Shown piece by piece: positions 11,544-23,082 of a stretch of 64,000 bases of DNA. The stretch spans positions 74,431 through 138,430 of the forward strand of contig CDRNVI010000169.1 in the NCBI GenBank assembly GCA_977017575.1, given 5' to 3'. The notes below the pieces were generated by a model, which made no database searches, was not told the DNA's origin, and saw only the letters and a list, made by a program, of their open reading frames with translations. Origin of the DNA: Paramoeba atlantica. Taxonomy: Eukaryota > Protista > Discosea. The position numbers and the translations under genes were made by a program. Every line of letters begins with the position of its first letter. Positions within the stretch are counted from its first letter, which is position 1.

Positions 11544-12826
11544 TCACTTTTTTAAAAAAGGAGCAACTTCGACATCGTAATAGTATGTGTCAGGAAAACA
11601 TTTTCGATAATCAATCACAATTTCGTCTCCTTCCTGTGTTTTTGTGTGTGTTCATTTTTTCTTTTGAAAACAAACAAAAAAAAAACAGTTTCCAAAAAAC
11701 CTTAATATCAGTGAGAGCTTCCCACTCATTCCATTCATCAATGTACTCTCCTTTTTGACGTCGAACAAGAATACAGGTTTCATGATGGTTTTTTCCTTCT
11801 TAGTTTTTGAGAGAAAATACATTAAAATGAAAACCAAAAAATATGCAGGAGGGGGGGGGATCCACACATATGAAAAGATTTGAAAATCAATTTAAGAAGT
11901 CTCAAAAGTTAAAAGGGGAAAAAAGGAAATCAAACCCTTCCCCTCTTCCTCTGTTAATCCGCAAGTGCAAGAGTTATACAGCAAACTGTGAAGATTTGGA
12001 GTCCCAGAATGGTTCAGAAACTCAACTAATGTTAATGAATTTAATCCGTGAAGTGGAAGAGTTTGTGTCCCATCTTTTGTTCTGTATGAGATTTTTATTA
12101 TTAGGAGGTAGGGAAAGGAGAAGAAGGAGAGCAGAGGAAAATCTGAGACGAAGGAGAAGAAAAAGAAATGAGCAAAACCGAAAATAACGAGTTCGAAGGG
12201 CTCTGTGTACTGATGGTGGTATATGAGCCAATTCTTCCTTGAAAAGAATTATCAATTTCAGAAAACAATTTTTTGAATCTTTTCTTCTTTTGAAAGAAGT
12301 GAAAAAAAAAGAGAGAAAAAAAAAAACAAAAAACCTGGGAAGCTTCAACAACATCTTCGTATTCACGAAAAGAAGAGACACTTTCTTTCAATAAAAGAGT
12401 TTCATTTACAATGATTGGCCTTTCTCCTAATAATGGAATTCTTGTCCCTGCTTTGATATCCTTTGAAAACCCAAAAAAAAGGGGGAAAGAATGAAAAATG
12501 TTAGTTAGAAAGAGCCAAATAAAAGGGAAAAAAAAAGGAGAGAAAAAGGATGAAAGAAAGAAGGAGGAGAAAGAACTTGAATAGCGAAGACACCAACACC
12601 ATGAATCTTTGAAGGACGAAGAGTACAACAAGAATAAACATTTGTTAAACGAGTCAAAGCAACAGTTTTCATCTCTTGGGGTGTTTTGGAGGCCAGATAA
12701 GTCACATTTCGAGCTGCTTCTCCTTGTTCATTCTCTGTGGATAAATTGGTGATAAATTTTCTGAGAAATGAGAAAAAAGGAAAGGCATTGTGAAGAGAAA
12801 ATACCCAGAGGAGAAGAGACCGACAT
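11544..12826 (-). CDS. Stand-alone SET-domain lysine methyltransferase, multi-exon
   Basis: Spliced exons give LRPSKIHGVGVFAIQ-DIKAGTRI (SET-N), LNSLTLVEFLNHSGTPNL (NHS motif) and EALTDIK-EGDEIVIDY (SET-C). Stop TGA at 11544-11546. Start ATG at 12826 is tentative. Confidence 0.85.
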
Positions 12827-13025
12827 GACAAATCGTTTTTCCAAAAAAAAAAACAAGCAAAAACAAGAACCAAAAAAAACAAAAAAAAAAAAAAAAAACA
12901 AGCAAAACAGTGAAAACACTGAGATGCTGGCGCTGAAGCGATTTGTGGAACCTTAAACAAATTATTTTTCTCAGAATAATTTTTCAGTCTCCAAAATGAA
13001 ACTATTTAAAAAAGAAAATGGGTTT

Positions 13026-13591
13026 TTATTCAGAGGTGAACTCCGACATACAAAGCGGAACACACTCGAAAGGGTTGGCGGGATCTCCCATTTGGATGTC
13101 CAACTCAGAACTCTCTTGAAACCTGGCACAGCAAGGGCAACAGGCATAAGTGACGCAATCTTCAGCATCAGTTCCGTTGATACTATATTTTTCACGGATA
13201 AGACCTCTCAAACGAACAGGTGCAAAGGCCCCTCCTCCATAACACCAGAACGCAACACCACCTGTTATTTTTTTTTTTGAGAAACACAAAACACCCCTTC
13301 ACAAGTCAAGAAAAATGAGAAAGTATTACCCATAAAACAACTTCCTAATCCCATTCGTTGATAATCAATTCCGAAAGTAACACATGGGCAAAAGCATGTG
13401 AAACAACCTATCCAGATACCGGTGAGTCTTCAGAACGGGAAAAAGAAAAAAAGCAGCGGACACAAACCCTGCAATGGATTTCCAATACATCCTTGAATAC
13501 AAGCGCAAGTTTTGTGCTTCCATGGGTTCTTGTTTGCAACTGTTTTGGTGGAAGTCGCGTGGGTAGATTGAGAATCAGGTAACTCGGCCAT
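13026..13591 (-). CDS. PLAC8-family Cys-rich protein
   Basis: N-terminal NPWKHKTCACIQGCIG; C-terminal RLRGLIREKYSINGTDAEDCVTYACCPCCARFQESSEL is the PLAC8 signature. Confidence 0.88.
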
Positions 13592-13927
13592 ATCGTTTGA
13601 AGAGAAAGAAAAGTGAAAAAGAGAGCGAGTCGACAGGCAAAAGACGGAAAGGTGGGTTCGCAAAAAAAAAAAACCGCAAAAAAAAAAAAGAATTCTCGGT
13701 TTCGCCAAAAAAAATGTCACCCTTTTCAGTTCCATATTTGGTACAATTCCTATAAACGGTTTTTCAAAAAACTGTCGGGTAAGGCTTTGTTTTGGTACCT
13801 TTTAAAAACTTATTTGGGTTTTTTGTGGGTTTAATTTTTTGGGGGTTTGAAAAGATTTTTTTTTCGTTTTTTTGTGTTTGTGGAGTCTTTTTGTTTTCTT
13901 TTTCGAGATTTCTCTCGAAAAGAAAAA

Positions 13928-16900
13928 ATGATGTCGTTGAGATTGTGGTTTTTTATTTTCTTTTTTCTTTTTTCCCTTTTCTTTTCTTTTAAAAATACTT
14001 TTTTGTTTCATTTTTTTTCCAAACCAAAATTTTGTGTTCACTATTCTTTTTTTTTTTTTCTGAAACAACCTTTTTTCTTTGTCTCTTTCTTTTCCAAACA
14101 AAAAGTCAACGATTCAAACTTCCACCAACCGCTCCGTCTTCTTTTCGTTCTCTCTCTTCTCTCTCTTCTCTCTCTCCTCTCTCTTCTCTCTCTTCTCTCT
14201 CTTCTCTCTCTTCCTCTCATTCTTTGACAAAATTATCAAGAAGAGGAGAACTCTTCCCTCTCTCTTCTTCTTCTTCTCTTTCTTTCTCTCAGAATTTTTT
14301 GCATTCTTCTTCGATTGTAAGAGATGTGAGTGATTCTTCTTCTTCTTCTTCTTTTCCTTCTTCTTCTTCTTCTTCTTTTCCTTCTTCTTCTCCTTCTTCT
14401 GATGGTGTTGATGAAGTCTCTTCTGGAAAAGTATTTCTTTTACTTTTACTTTTTTCTTTTTTTTTTAATGTTTTTTTTTTGAATAGTCATTTTGAAAAAA
14501 TATTTTAAAATAATGAGAAATAAATATTGTCAAAAAGAAAAGAGAAAAAGAGAATTCATATAAGATTATCAAAAATGTTTCAAAGAATTATTTTCTTTTT
14601 TTTTGAGATTTATAAAATTAAAACTTTTTATTCTTGAAATCTTGAGTTGAAAGAAATTTACAATCGTAACAACCATAAAGAAGAAAGACTAATGAAGAAT
14701 AATAAAAAAATAAAAATAAAATAAAAATAAAATAAAAATAAAATAAAAATAAAACAAAAATAAAAATAAAATAAATAAAATAAATAAAATAAATAAAATA
14801 AATAAATAAAATAAAAATAGGTTGTTGTGGATGGGGAACTTGTTGATGTTGGTTCTCTTTCTGAGACAATCTCTCAAGAGGTTTTCTTCTTTTTTTCTTC
14901 TTTTCTTTTTTTCTTCTTTTCTTTTTTCTTTTCTTTTTTCTTCTCTTTTTTCTTCTTTTCTTTTTTCTTTTTTTTCTTTTTTCTTTTTTTCTTTTTCTTC
15001 TTTTTCTTCTTTTCTTTTCTCTTTTTCTTTTCTCTCTAATAACAAAAAAAGATGGGAGAAGTTGTAAAAGAAAGCCATTGGTACAGCGCCCCCATTAATT
15101 TTATGGAGGTTTTATTTTCTTTTTTTTTTTCCTTTTTCCTTTTTCCTTTTCTTTTCTTTTCTCTTTCTTTTTTCATTCTTCTTCTCTCTCTCTTTTCTCT
15201 CTTTCTTCTTTTTCCTCTTTCTCTCATCCATCCTTTTCTCTTTTATTGATTGATCTTTTCCTCTTCTCCTCTTCTCTTCTTCTCTTCTTCTCTTCTTCTC
15301 CTCTTCTCCTCTTCTCCTCTTCTTTTAGGATCTCATGTTATGGACCCATGATTTGGGTATTCCTTGGTGGGCAGGTTCATATTCTTTTTCTCTTCTTTCT
15401 CTCCTCTCTCTCTCTTTTCTCTCTTTTCTCTCTTCACTCTCTTCTCCTTTCTCTCTTCATTCTCTTCACTCTCTTCACTCTCCTTTCTCTCCTTTCTTTC
15501 TCCTCCTTTGTCCTTCTTCTTCTCTCTCCCTCTCTCTCTTTTTCCTCTTTTCTAAATTTTTTTAAAAAAAACAGCAATTGGCGTTGTCACAGCAGCATTC
15601 AGGTTTTAGACTAATTTTCATTGAATTTTCATTGAATTTTCATTTCTTTTATTTAAAATCACATTAAATAAATAAAGAAACATTAAATAAATAAATAAAA
15701 AAAAAAATAAATAAAATCAGATTAAATCAAATTTTAAAAAAAATCATTTTTGAGGTTAATCGTTTTTCCTGTGACGATTTCTTCAGCGAAAAATTCAGCA
15801 AAATTGAGGGAAGTTCAGCCACAGATTGCCCAACTTCGAAAGGATTATAATCAGAAATTGGTTTTTTTTTTTTGATTTATTTTATTGTTTATTTATTTAT
15901 TATTATTTATTATTTTGTTTTTTTTTATTATTGTTTTTTATTTTCGATTTTGGTTTTTCTTTTTGTTTGATTTGGATTTTTATTAAAAAGAAAATATAAA
16001 ATTAAAAGAAATTAAAAAAATTAAATTCTTAAAAAAAATGTTTTCAATTCAAGATTGGACATGAAGAATTTAATAATGAAGTGGCAAAATTAACAAAAAA
16101 ACATAATGTTTCTATGTTTCGTCCTTTTCTTGCTCCTCTTTGTCAGGTCTCTTTCTTTTTTTTCTCTCTCTCTCTTCTCTTTCTCTTTTTTTTCCCTTCT
16201 TTTTTTCTCTTCTCACACAATACCGCTTCTTTTCTTCCTTCTCTCCTCTCTTTCTTTCTCTTTTTCAATCACAGCTCCCTTTGTTTATTACATTTTATTT
16301 ATCATTGAGAGAAATGGCCATAAATATTCCCTCTTTTCATGAGGGTGGTATCCTTTGGTTTCTCGGTTCTCTTTCTTTCTCTTCTCTTCTCTTCTTCTTT
16401 CTTCTTTCTTTCTCTTCTCTCTTTCTTTCTTCTTTCTTTCACACTTTCTCCTTCTTCTTCTTTCTCTTTCTCACAACAATTTGAATAGATTTGGCAGTCC
16501 CAGATACATATTTGTATCGATTACCAATTCTTGCTGCTTTCTCCACTTTTATGACAATGGAGGTTCCCTTTCTCTTTTCTTCTCTTTCTTTCTTTCTTAA
16601 GGGTTTAGGGTTTAGGGTCTAAACCCTTCTCGTCTTTTTCATCCTTCTCTCTCTCTCTCTTTCTCTTTCTAATTTGATTTTTAGTACTCATTTCGAAAAC
16701 AAACTGCACCCATTCCGGTCAATTTTCTCTCCTTTCTCTCTCTTTTTTTCATTCCAATTCCCATTTTTCTTTTTTCAATTATATCGATATTAAAAACATT
16801 CAAAATGAATTAAATAAAAATGAATCTCAATCAAAAATATTAATAAAAGAAATAATAATAAAAATAAATGAATAATGAATAATGAATAATAAGATAAGAA

Positions 16901-17522
16901 TAATAAATTGATATAAGAATAAGAATAAGAATAATTAATAATAATTAATAATAATAATAATAATAATAAAAATAGTTGGCAGCAAAATATGTAATGAGAG
17001 GGTTTCCTCTTCTTATTCTTCCGATGACAGCGAGTTTTCCTCAAGCAATCCATCTTTATTGGGTTTATTCTGCTTGGTTTTCTTTTGGTCAAGCTTTTTT
17101 GATGCATAATAAGTTTCTTTTTCTTTTTCTTTTAATTTCTTTTTCTTTTTCTTTTTCTTTTTCTTTTTTTTTCTTTTTCTTTCTCTTTTTTGCTTTTTCT
17201 TTCCTCTCTTCTTCTCCTCGTCTCTTCTCTTTTTTCTCAATTCTTTTCGTGAATAGGAAATTTAAAACAATGGTCAATATCCCTGACATTGCTCCTCCAC
17301 CAACATCAACAACAACAGGTAAACTTTCTCTCTATTATTTCCTCCTTTTTTCTCTTTTTTTCTCTTTCTCTTCTCCTTTTTCTTTTCTTTTCTTTTCTTT
17401 TTGTCTTCTCTTTTTTGAACATTCTCCTCTCAAAAGGTGAAGAGAAAAAGACTCGATATGCCTATGATGTAACAAAACTCTCTCGTCGTGGAAAAAGAAA
17501 AAGAAAGACTGATGATGAGTAA
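13928..17522 (+). CDS. oxa1: Mitochondrial YidC/Oxa1 membrane insertase, multi-exon
   Basis: Ser/Arg-rich presequence, then LGIPWWAG-AIGVVTAAFR-LIVFPVTISSAKNSAKLREVQPQI, LCQ-LPLFITFYLSLREM, GGILWF-DLAVPD and FPQAIHLYWVYS, with a basic C-terminal tail. COX18 paralogy is not excluded. Confidence 0.88.
16599..16628. repeat. Interstitial TTTAGGG-type telomeric repeat with inverted arm, inside an oxa1 intron
   Basis: AAGGGTTTAGGGTTTAGGGTCTAAACCCTT; the first 10 nt are the exact reverse complement of the last 10. Confidence 0.6.
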
Positions 17523-17668
17523 AGGAGGAAAAAAGAGGAAAGAAAGAAAGAAAAGAAAAGAAAGAAAAGAAAAAAAAAGAAAGAGATGAAAAAAAAAAAG
17601 CGAATAATAATAATAATTCCATTTACAAAATTTCATTTATAATACAAAATTTAATAATTCGTTTTTTG

Positions 17669-19561
17669 TTATTCATCCCACTGATTTGAAAGAGAGACAG
17701 AAGAAGAAGAAGAAGGAAGAGAAGAGCCCAAAGCATTTGAAAAAAGTTGAAGTTTCTCTCTCAAAATTTCTTGATCTCTTGCAGAAGAATGTCGAGAAGG
17801 TTGAAAATAAGAAGGAGTTTCCAAAAGATGCAAAGAAATTTGTCGAAGAGAATGAAGATCAAATTCCGAAACAATATCTCCTTCTTTTTGTTGGCTTGTT
17901 GTTGTTGTTAATACAGGAAAACCGTAAAGAAATTTGCCTCTTTCAATAACTTGAGAACAAAAACGATCATAAGCAGGATAGAGATCAAGAAGAACTTCAT
18001 TAAGAAGACAAGACTCTTCCGAAAACTTTGATTTCCCACACAATTTCATCAAAAATCGGCCAATTAAAACCATTCCTTCTTTGGCAACAGTCATACCATC
18101 TTTTCCTTTTGAGAAATAAGCTTGAAAAGAAGAAAGACGAAGAGAAATAAGACGAGGAACGAGCATTCGAAGAAAGTAAAGAGATCCCACAGTCCAATTT
18201 TCGACAAAATTGGTATCAAAAGAAGAGAGATAACTTGAATTTCGAGATGGATCCTCCTTCTTCAATTCAATGACTTCAGAAACAATAGAAAACGTTTTGT
18301 GGACCAAAACACTGAGAAAAGATGGCATCTTTTGGGTGTCCAAGAGGCCTCGAAATGTTTTACTCAACTTTGTCTTTAATTTTTCTCTTCGATGGTCACT
18401 CTTTGGGGATGCTCTTTCATCTTTTGGGGCGGTCAATAATCTAATCTGTCGTCTCGAAAGCTTGCCAACAAGTCGAATAATCGGAAGAACAATCTCATCC
18501 AAATTGAGCTGAGCTTGCATGATATGTTGAAGTACACTCACGCTCACTGATCTCTCTCTCATCACTGTGGCCAAATTGTCTTGTTCAATAACTTCAGATC
18601 TCAAACTCTCCAAGAAGAGAGATTGAGGATCACCATGCAATGCAATCACTTTGGAAATTAAAGACTCGGAGATAGGAATTGGTGGGGGGGGTGAGTCAGA
18701 AGTAGATCGTGGTTGTTGCGGAGAGAAAGAAGGAGAAGAAGATGTTGCTGAACTTTCTTCCCTTGGAGAATAAACCAATCGTGAGGAATTGAGTCGCTGA
18801 GAACGGTTTGGAGAAGAAGGAGTCGATTTGGCCAAAATAAAAGAGATAAGTGCTCGAGCTGAGCAGTCATGCTCGGTTTGGAGTAACTGCAAAAGAGAAT
18901 CATATTTTATCTTGGATGGTTGATGATTCTTTCTCAAATCTCTCGGAATCTTTCGTGGAGATGTCAATAAACTCGAGATGACTGCCGAACCCGTTTTCGA
19001 AACCCTCGAACCCTTTCTTGCTTTACCAACAGAAGAAACAAACATTTCTCTTGGATTCTTCCTCGAGAATTTGGGACCTTCGCAATACATTGTTGGTGGC
19101 AACATTTTTCCTTTCGGAGATTGAAGTGTTGGGGATCCAGCTCTCTTTGGATGTACAATAGGAGAGATACTCGCCACAGGTTCCTCTGCGGTAAAGGCAA
19201 ATTGAGAAGGGATTCTGGGGCGGAGTGATGCTGGTCTTGATAAGACTGCACTTCCTCTTTTCTGTTTTATGGGGGTGAGAGAGGCAGGGGTCTCAGATGA
19301 AGAGAATGAATCCGGAGGAAACACACACCCGCCAGAGCCAGTGAGGAAAGAAGGGGAATCGAGTTGTTTGGAGAGTTGAGGAGATAATACTTTACGAGAG
19401 AATTTTGATTCTTCTTGAGAATCCAGACGAGCAGGAGAAGAATGAAGGGAAGTCATTGGTTTGCTTACCAAAAATATTTTATCCCTCAGAGATGCCGATC
19501 GTCGCCTCTTTTCGTGAGCAAAGGGAAGAGGTTTTCCCGGTGTTGATGTCAAGTCACCCAT
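17669..19561 (-). CDS. Intronless protein with Ser/Pro-rich N-terminus and divergent RasGAP domain
   Basis: Open frame of >600 codons. LRSEVIEQDNLATVMRERS resembles the arginine-finger motif TLFRGNS; GSLYFLRMLVPRLI resembles the FLR motif. First ATG at 19561; the track starts upstream at GTG. Confidence 0.72.
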   Translation of the reverse strand: MGDLTSTPGKPLPFAHEKRRRSASLRDKIFLVSKPMTSLHSSPARLDSQEESKFSRKVLSPQLSKQLDSPSFLTGSGGCVFPPDSFSSSETPASLTPIKQKRGSAVLSRPASLRPRIPSQFAFTAEEPVASISPIVHPKRAGSPTLQSPKGKMLPPTMYCEGPKFSRKNPREMFVSSVGKARKGSRVSKTGSAVISSLLTSPRKIPRDLRKNHQPSKIKYDSLLQLLQTEHDCSARALISFILAKSTPSSPNRSQRLNSSRLVYSPREESSATSSSPSFSPQQPRSTSDSPPPPIPISESLISKVIALHGDPQSLFLESLRSEVIEQDNLATVMRERSVSVSVLQHIMQAQLNLDEIVLPIIRLVGKLSRRQIRLLTAPKDERASPKSDHRREKLKTKLSKTFRGLLDTQKMPSFLSVLVHKTFSIVSEVIELKKEDPSRNSSYLSSFDTNFVENWTVGSLYFLRMLVPRLISLRLSSFQAYFSKGKDGMTVAKEGMVLIGRFLMKLCGKSKFSEESCLLNEVLLDLYPAYDRFCSQVIERGKFLYGFPVLTTTTSQQKEGDIVSEFDLHSLRQISLHLLETPSYFQPSRHSSARDQEILREKLQLFSNALGSSLPSSSSSVSLSNQWDE

Positions 19562-20133
19562 CACAAACAAAAACACAAGTATCAATCGATAAAAATAAAA
19601 CTGAAAAAAACAACATCTTTTGAAATAGTTTTCAAAAAAAATTGAACAAAAGACCAAGAAGAGAAGGACGGATTCTGGGAAAGCGAGAATAATCCAATTT
19701 TTTTACAAGTCTTTTTGCAATTACCCCCTATTTTTTGAACAATTGGCCCTATTTTTTGGTCCATTTTTTGGTAGTTTGGGACTTTTTGTCTGGATTTATT
19801 CCTCGAATGTCTTCTCTCGCTGCTCTGTTTCTGAAAAAATGTCTTTGTTCTTCGAAACGAAGAACACGAAAAGAAAAAAGTGTGTTTTCCTTTTTTGTTT
19901 TTTTCATGTTTTGGCTCTTCTTTTTTTGTTCATGAATGCCTCGATCAATAAATTGTGGCACATTTGCAGGAGTCAGCCTCAAGTACAACTTGTTCGATTC
20001 CCAAAAAGTAATGAAAGCAACAGGAACTTTGTTTCTGGTTTTGTTCAACAAATGAAAACTCGCAAATTCAGAAACAGAGAAAAAAAACTTTATTGTGTGA
20101 AACTCAAAAAAAAGAAAAAAAAAAGAGAAAAGA

Positions 20134-20415
20134 GAGAACATGCGGGATTGAACCCTGCAACTCCCCAATTAAACAATAGTCGGGGATCTAGTTTGGCTAT
20201 AATGTCCTCGAAGAAAAATAGATCATAATTTTCCTTTTGAACCCAACTTTTCGAGGTGTTTCACGGAACAATAAAACAAAAAAAAAGCAACAAAAAAAGA
20301 AAAGCGAGAACATGCGGGATTGAACCCTGCAACTCCCCAATTGATCGATAGTCGGGGATCTAGTTTGACTATAATGTCCTCGAAGAAAAATAGATCATAA
20401 TTTTCCTTTTGAACC
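20134..20415 (-). repeat. ~110-bp direct repeat (2 copies) carrying a B-box-like GGGTTCAATCCC
   Basis: 20134-20244 and 20306-20415 are near-identical (GAGAACATGCGGGATTGAACCCTGCAACTCCCCAATT...CCTTTTGAACC). Confidence 0.9.
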
Positions 20416-20445
20416 AAACCCCCCCGCTGGTAAAGTTTGTCGAAA

Positions 20446-20830
20446 AAAGAAGTCGAGTGTCAAAATTATGGGAGTTGAACCCAAAATCCCATCCCAAGAT
20501 TTTCCCCTTCTTTTTCATTTTCGGAGTTTGGTTTTCCAAAGTTTTTGAAGAGACATAATTTTTGGTGGAAAAAAGATGAAGGAAAAAGGTTCGACGATTA
20601 AAATCCAGCTCTCTTTTAAAAAAATCGATTTTTTTAAAATCCAGCTCAAAAAAATCGGCTCATGAAGAACAAAAATAATTATTTTGTCACTCTGCCGCCA
20701 CAAGAAAAAGTTGAGAAAAAAAAAAAGAAGTCGAGTGTCAAATTATGATAGGAATGGGAATCGAACCCAAGCTCAAAACTTTCGACTTAATGAAAACCCC
20801 TGGCCACAGGAAACCCTACCACAGCGGCTC
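20446..20830 (-). other. Two further related tRNA-/SINE-like B-box elements (not intact tRNAs)
   Basis: Shared flank AAGAAGTCGAGTGTCAAA(A)TTATG at ~20447 and ~20726. Minus strand shows GGGTTCAACTCCC and GGGTTCGATTCCC followed by a T-run; A-box-like TGGCCAGGGG starts at 20806. No acceptor stem. Confidence 0.45.
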
Positions 20831-21173
20831 GACGAGATTCTTGTTATTTTTTCTCCCTTTTACCCTTTCTTTTTCACTGAAAGAATTTTTTTCAGAGAAA
20901 TTCAATTCACCAAAACCCTTCCCAAAAAAACAACACAATTTGAAAAAAGTCGTTCAATTGAATGACACAAAATTTTGTGACACCACAAAATTCAGGCACA
21001 ACAGAAGAAAAAAAGAAAAAATGTGGAACAAAAATGTGGAACAAAAAGAAACAGAAAACCCCTCAAAAAACAAAAAACGCTCGAAAAAATAGAGCGCTAA
21101 ATTTAGCGGAGGGGATTTTTCTTTTTGGGGGTTAAGTTAAGCGTTGTTTGCGTTTTTTGTTTTTGAAAAAAAG

Positions 21174-22945
21174 ATGTTTTCTTGTTCGAAAAGTCTTCTT
21201 ATTCTTCTTGGTTTCTTTTATTTTCTTTGGACTTTCTTTTATTATTATTCTCTCTCTCTCTCTCTCTCTTTTCTTTCTTTCCTCTTTTTTTTCCTTTCTC
21301 TCTTCTTTTTTCTCTGACCTTTTTCTTTCTCTTTTTTCAGCTCTTGTGCTGATTGTGGAGTGCAAGAAAGAATACAAGGCCAAATTGAACGGCAGCAATC
21401 AACGTCCTGATCCTGGTTTTCTCTCTTCTCTCTCTCTTTCTCTTCTCTCTTATCTCTTCTCTCTCTCTTTTATTTTCTTTTTTGATAAAACTCTTGTTGC
21501 TTTTTTCTTCTTTTTCTTTTTCTTTTCTTTTTAATCATTTTTCTCTCTTTTCGATTAGTGAATACAACAGCGACTGGAACTGCAAAAATCGTTTATAAAT
21601 CGAAAGATAATGTTCTTTCTCTCTTTCTCTTTCTCTTTCTCTTTCTTCTATCTCTCTTTCTCTTTGAAAAATAATTCTTGAATGTTGTAGGTTACAACAA
21701 TTGCGTGTACAGTGAAACATGATCTCCCTGAAATTATTGGGTAAAATCTTCTTCTTTTTGTTGGGAAAGAGAGAGAGTGAAAGAAGAGAAAAAAGGAGAA
21801 GAGAAAAGAGAAAGAGGGGGAGGGGATAAGGAGGATTTTTTTTTGTGTGTTTTAATTATTTTCGTTTTATTTTATTTTTATTTTATTTTGATTTTAATTT
21901 GATTTTAATTTGATATTTTAATTTGATATTTTAATTTAATTTTAATTTGATTTTAATTTGATTTTAATTTGATTTTAATTTGATTTTAATTTGATTTTAG
22001 AGCTCACATTCATGGACCTGCGACTACTGAAGACACTGCCCCTCCTGTTTTTATCTTTACCATTGCTGAAGGGTTTTTTTTTCTTTTTTTTTCTTTTTTT
22101 CTTTTTTCTTTTTTTCTGAACCAAAAGTTTTAAATAGTGAAGCGAATAGCGTCATTGAAGAGACTTTTACTCTTCTCCCAGGTTTTATTTTTGTTTTTCT
22201 TTTTTGCATTTTGTTTTAAACATTCATTTTAAACATTCATTTTAAACATTTATTTTAAACATTTATTTTAAACATTTATTTTAAACATTTATTCAAATTT
22301 GGTTTTTAAAAATTTTGATAAACTTTTCTTTTGACAAAATTGTATTTTTGTTTTACAGAACAAGAACAAATTCTTTTTGAAAAGTTGATGTACGTTAACT
22401 TGCACACTGTTACCCATCCAAATGGAGAAATTCGAGGCCAAGTCGTTCCTGACAATCACTCCGGTCTTTCTCTTTCCTTTTTCCTTTCTCTTTTCTCTTT
22501 TCTTTTCTTTTTTCTTTTTACTTTCCTTTTTTCTTCTTTCTAAATTTTTCTATTTGTTTCTTTTTTGCTTTTCTTTTTTGATTTCAAAAACCAAATTGAC
22601 AATTTATCTTCTTTTTCAGATGATGATACTACCATTATCATTGTTGCAGTTGTTGTTTCCTCTGTTGCACTGATTGCTCTTATTGCTTTTGTTATTTTTT
22701 ATAAAAAAAGACAATCTGGAGGGTTTGTGGAATTCTTTTTCTTTTTCTTCTCTCTTTTTCTTTCTCTCTTTTCCATTACAAAAGAATAACACTCAACAAA
22801 TTAATTCTCCAAAAAAAAGAAACAAACAAAAAAAAATTGAAATAGAAAAGAAGAAAGAAATCTAATCCATTCAAGTAGAAAATCAGCTCCTCCAGAGAGA
22901 GCTGGAGCAGGAAGTTACAGAAGACAAGAAAACCCTGATGTTTAA
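21174..22945 (+). CDS. Type-I membrane protein with a single CHRD domain, multi-exon
   Basis: Signal peptide, then YKAKLNGSNQRP, TTATGTA, AHIHGPA and MYVNLHTVTHPNGEIRGQV (CHRD signatures), a TM helix IIIVAVVVSSVALIALIAFVIFY followed by KKR, and a short tail ending RRQENPDV*. Confidence 0.88.
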
Positions 22946-23048
22946 AATTGTTTTCTTACAATTCTTTATTTTTCAATTCTTATATTCCTTTTTCTTTTTC
23001 AAAAAAAATAAAAAGTTCTTTCTTTTTCAAAAAAAAACCATTTAACTC

Positions 23049-23079
<31 letters not shown>

Positions 23080-23082
23080 CTC

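Noticed and set aside
19743-20228. ORFs of 139-161 aa on both strands
   Set aside because: No recognisable domain; they are partly built from A/T tracts and the B-box repeat. There is insufficient support for a gene.
20725-20830. Functional tRNA gene on the minus strand
   Set aside because: A- and B-box-like motifs are present, but their spacing is short and no acceptor, D or anticodon stems can be formed. Kept only as a tRNA-like element.
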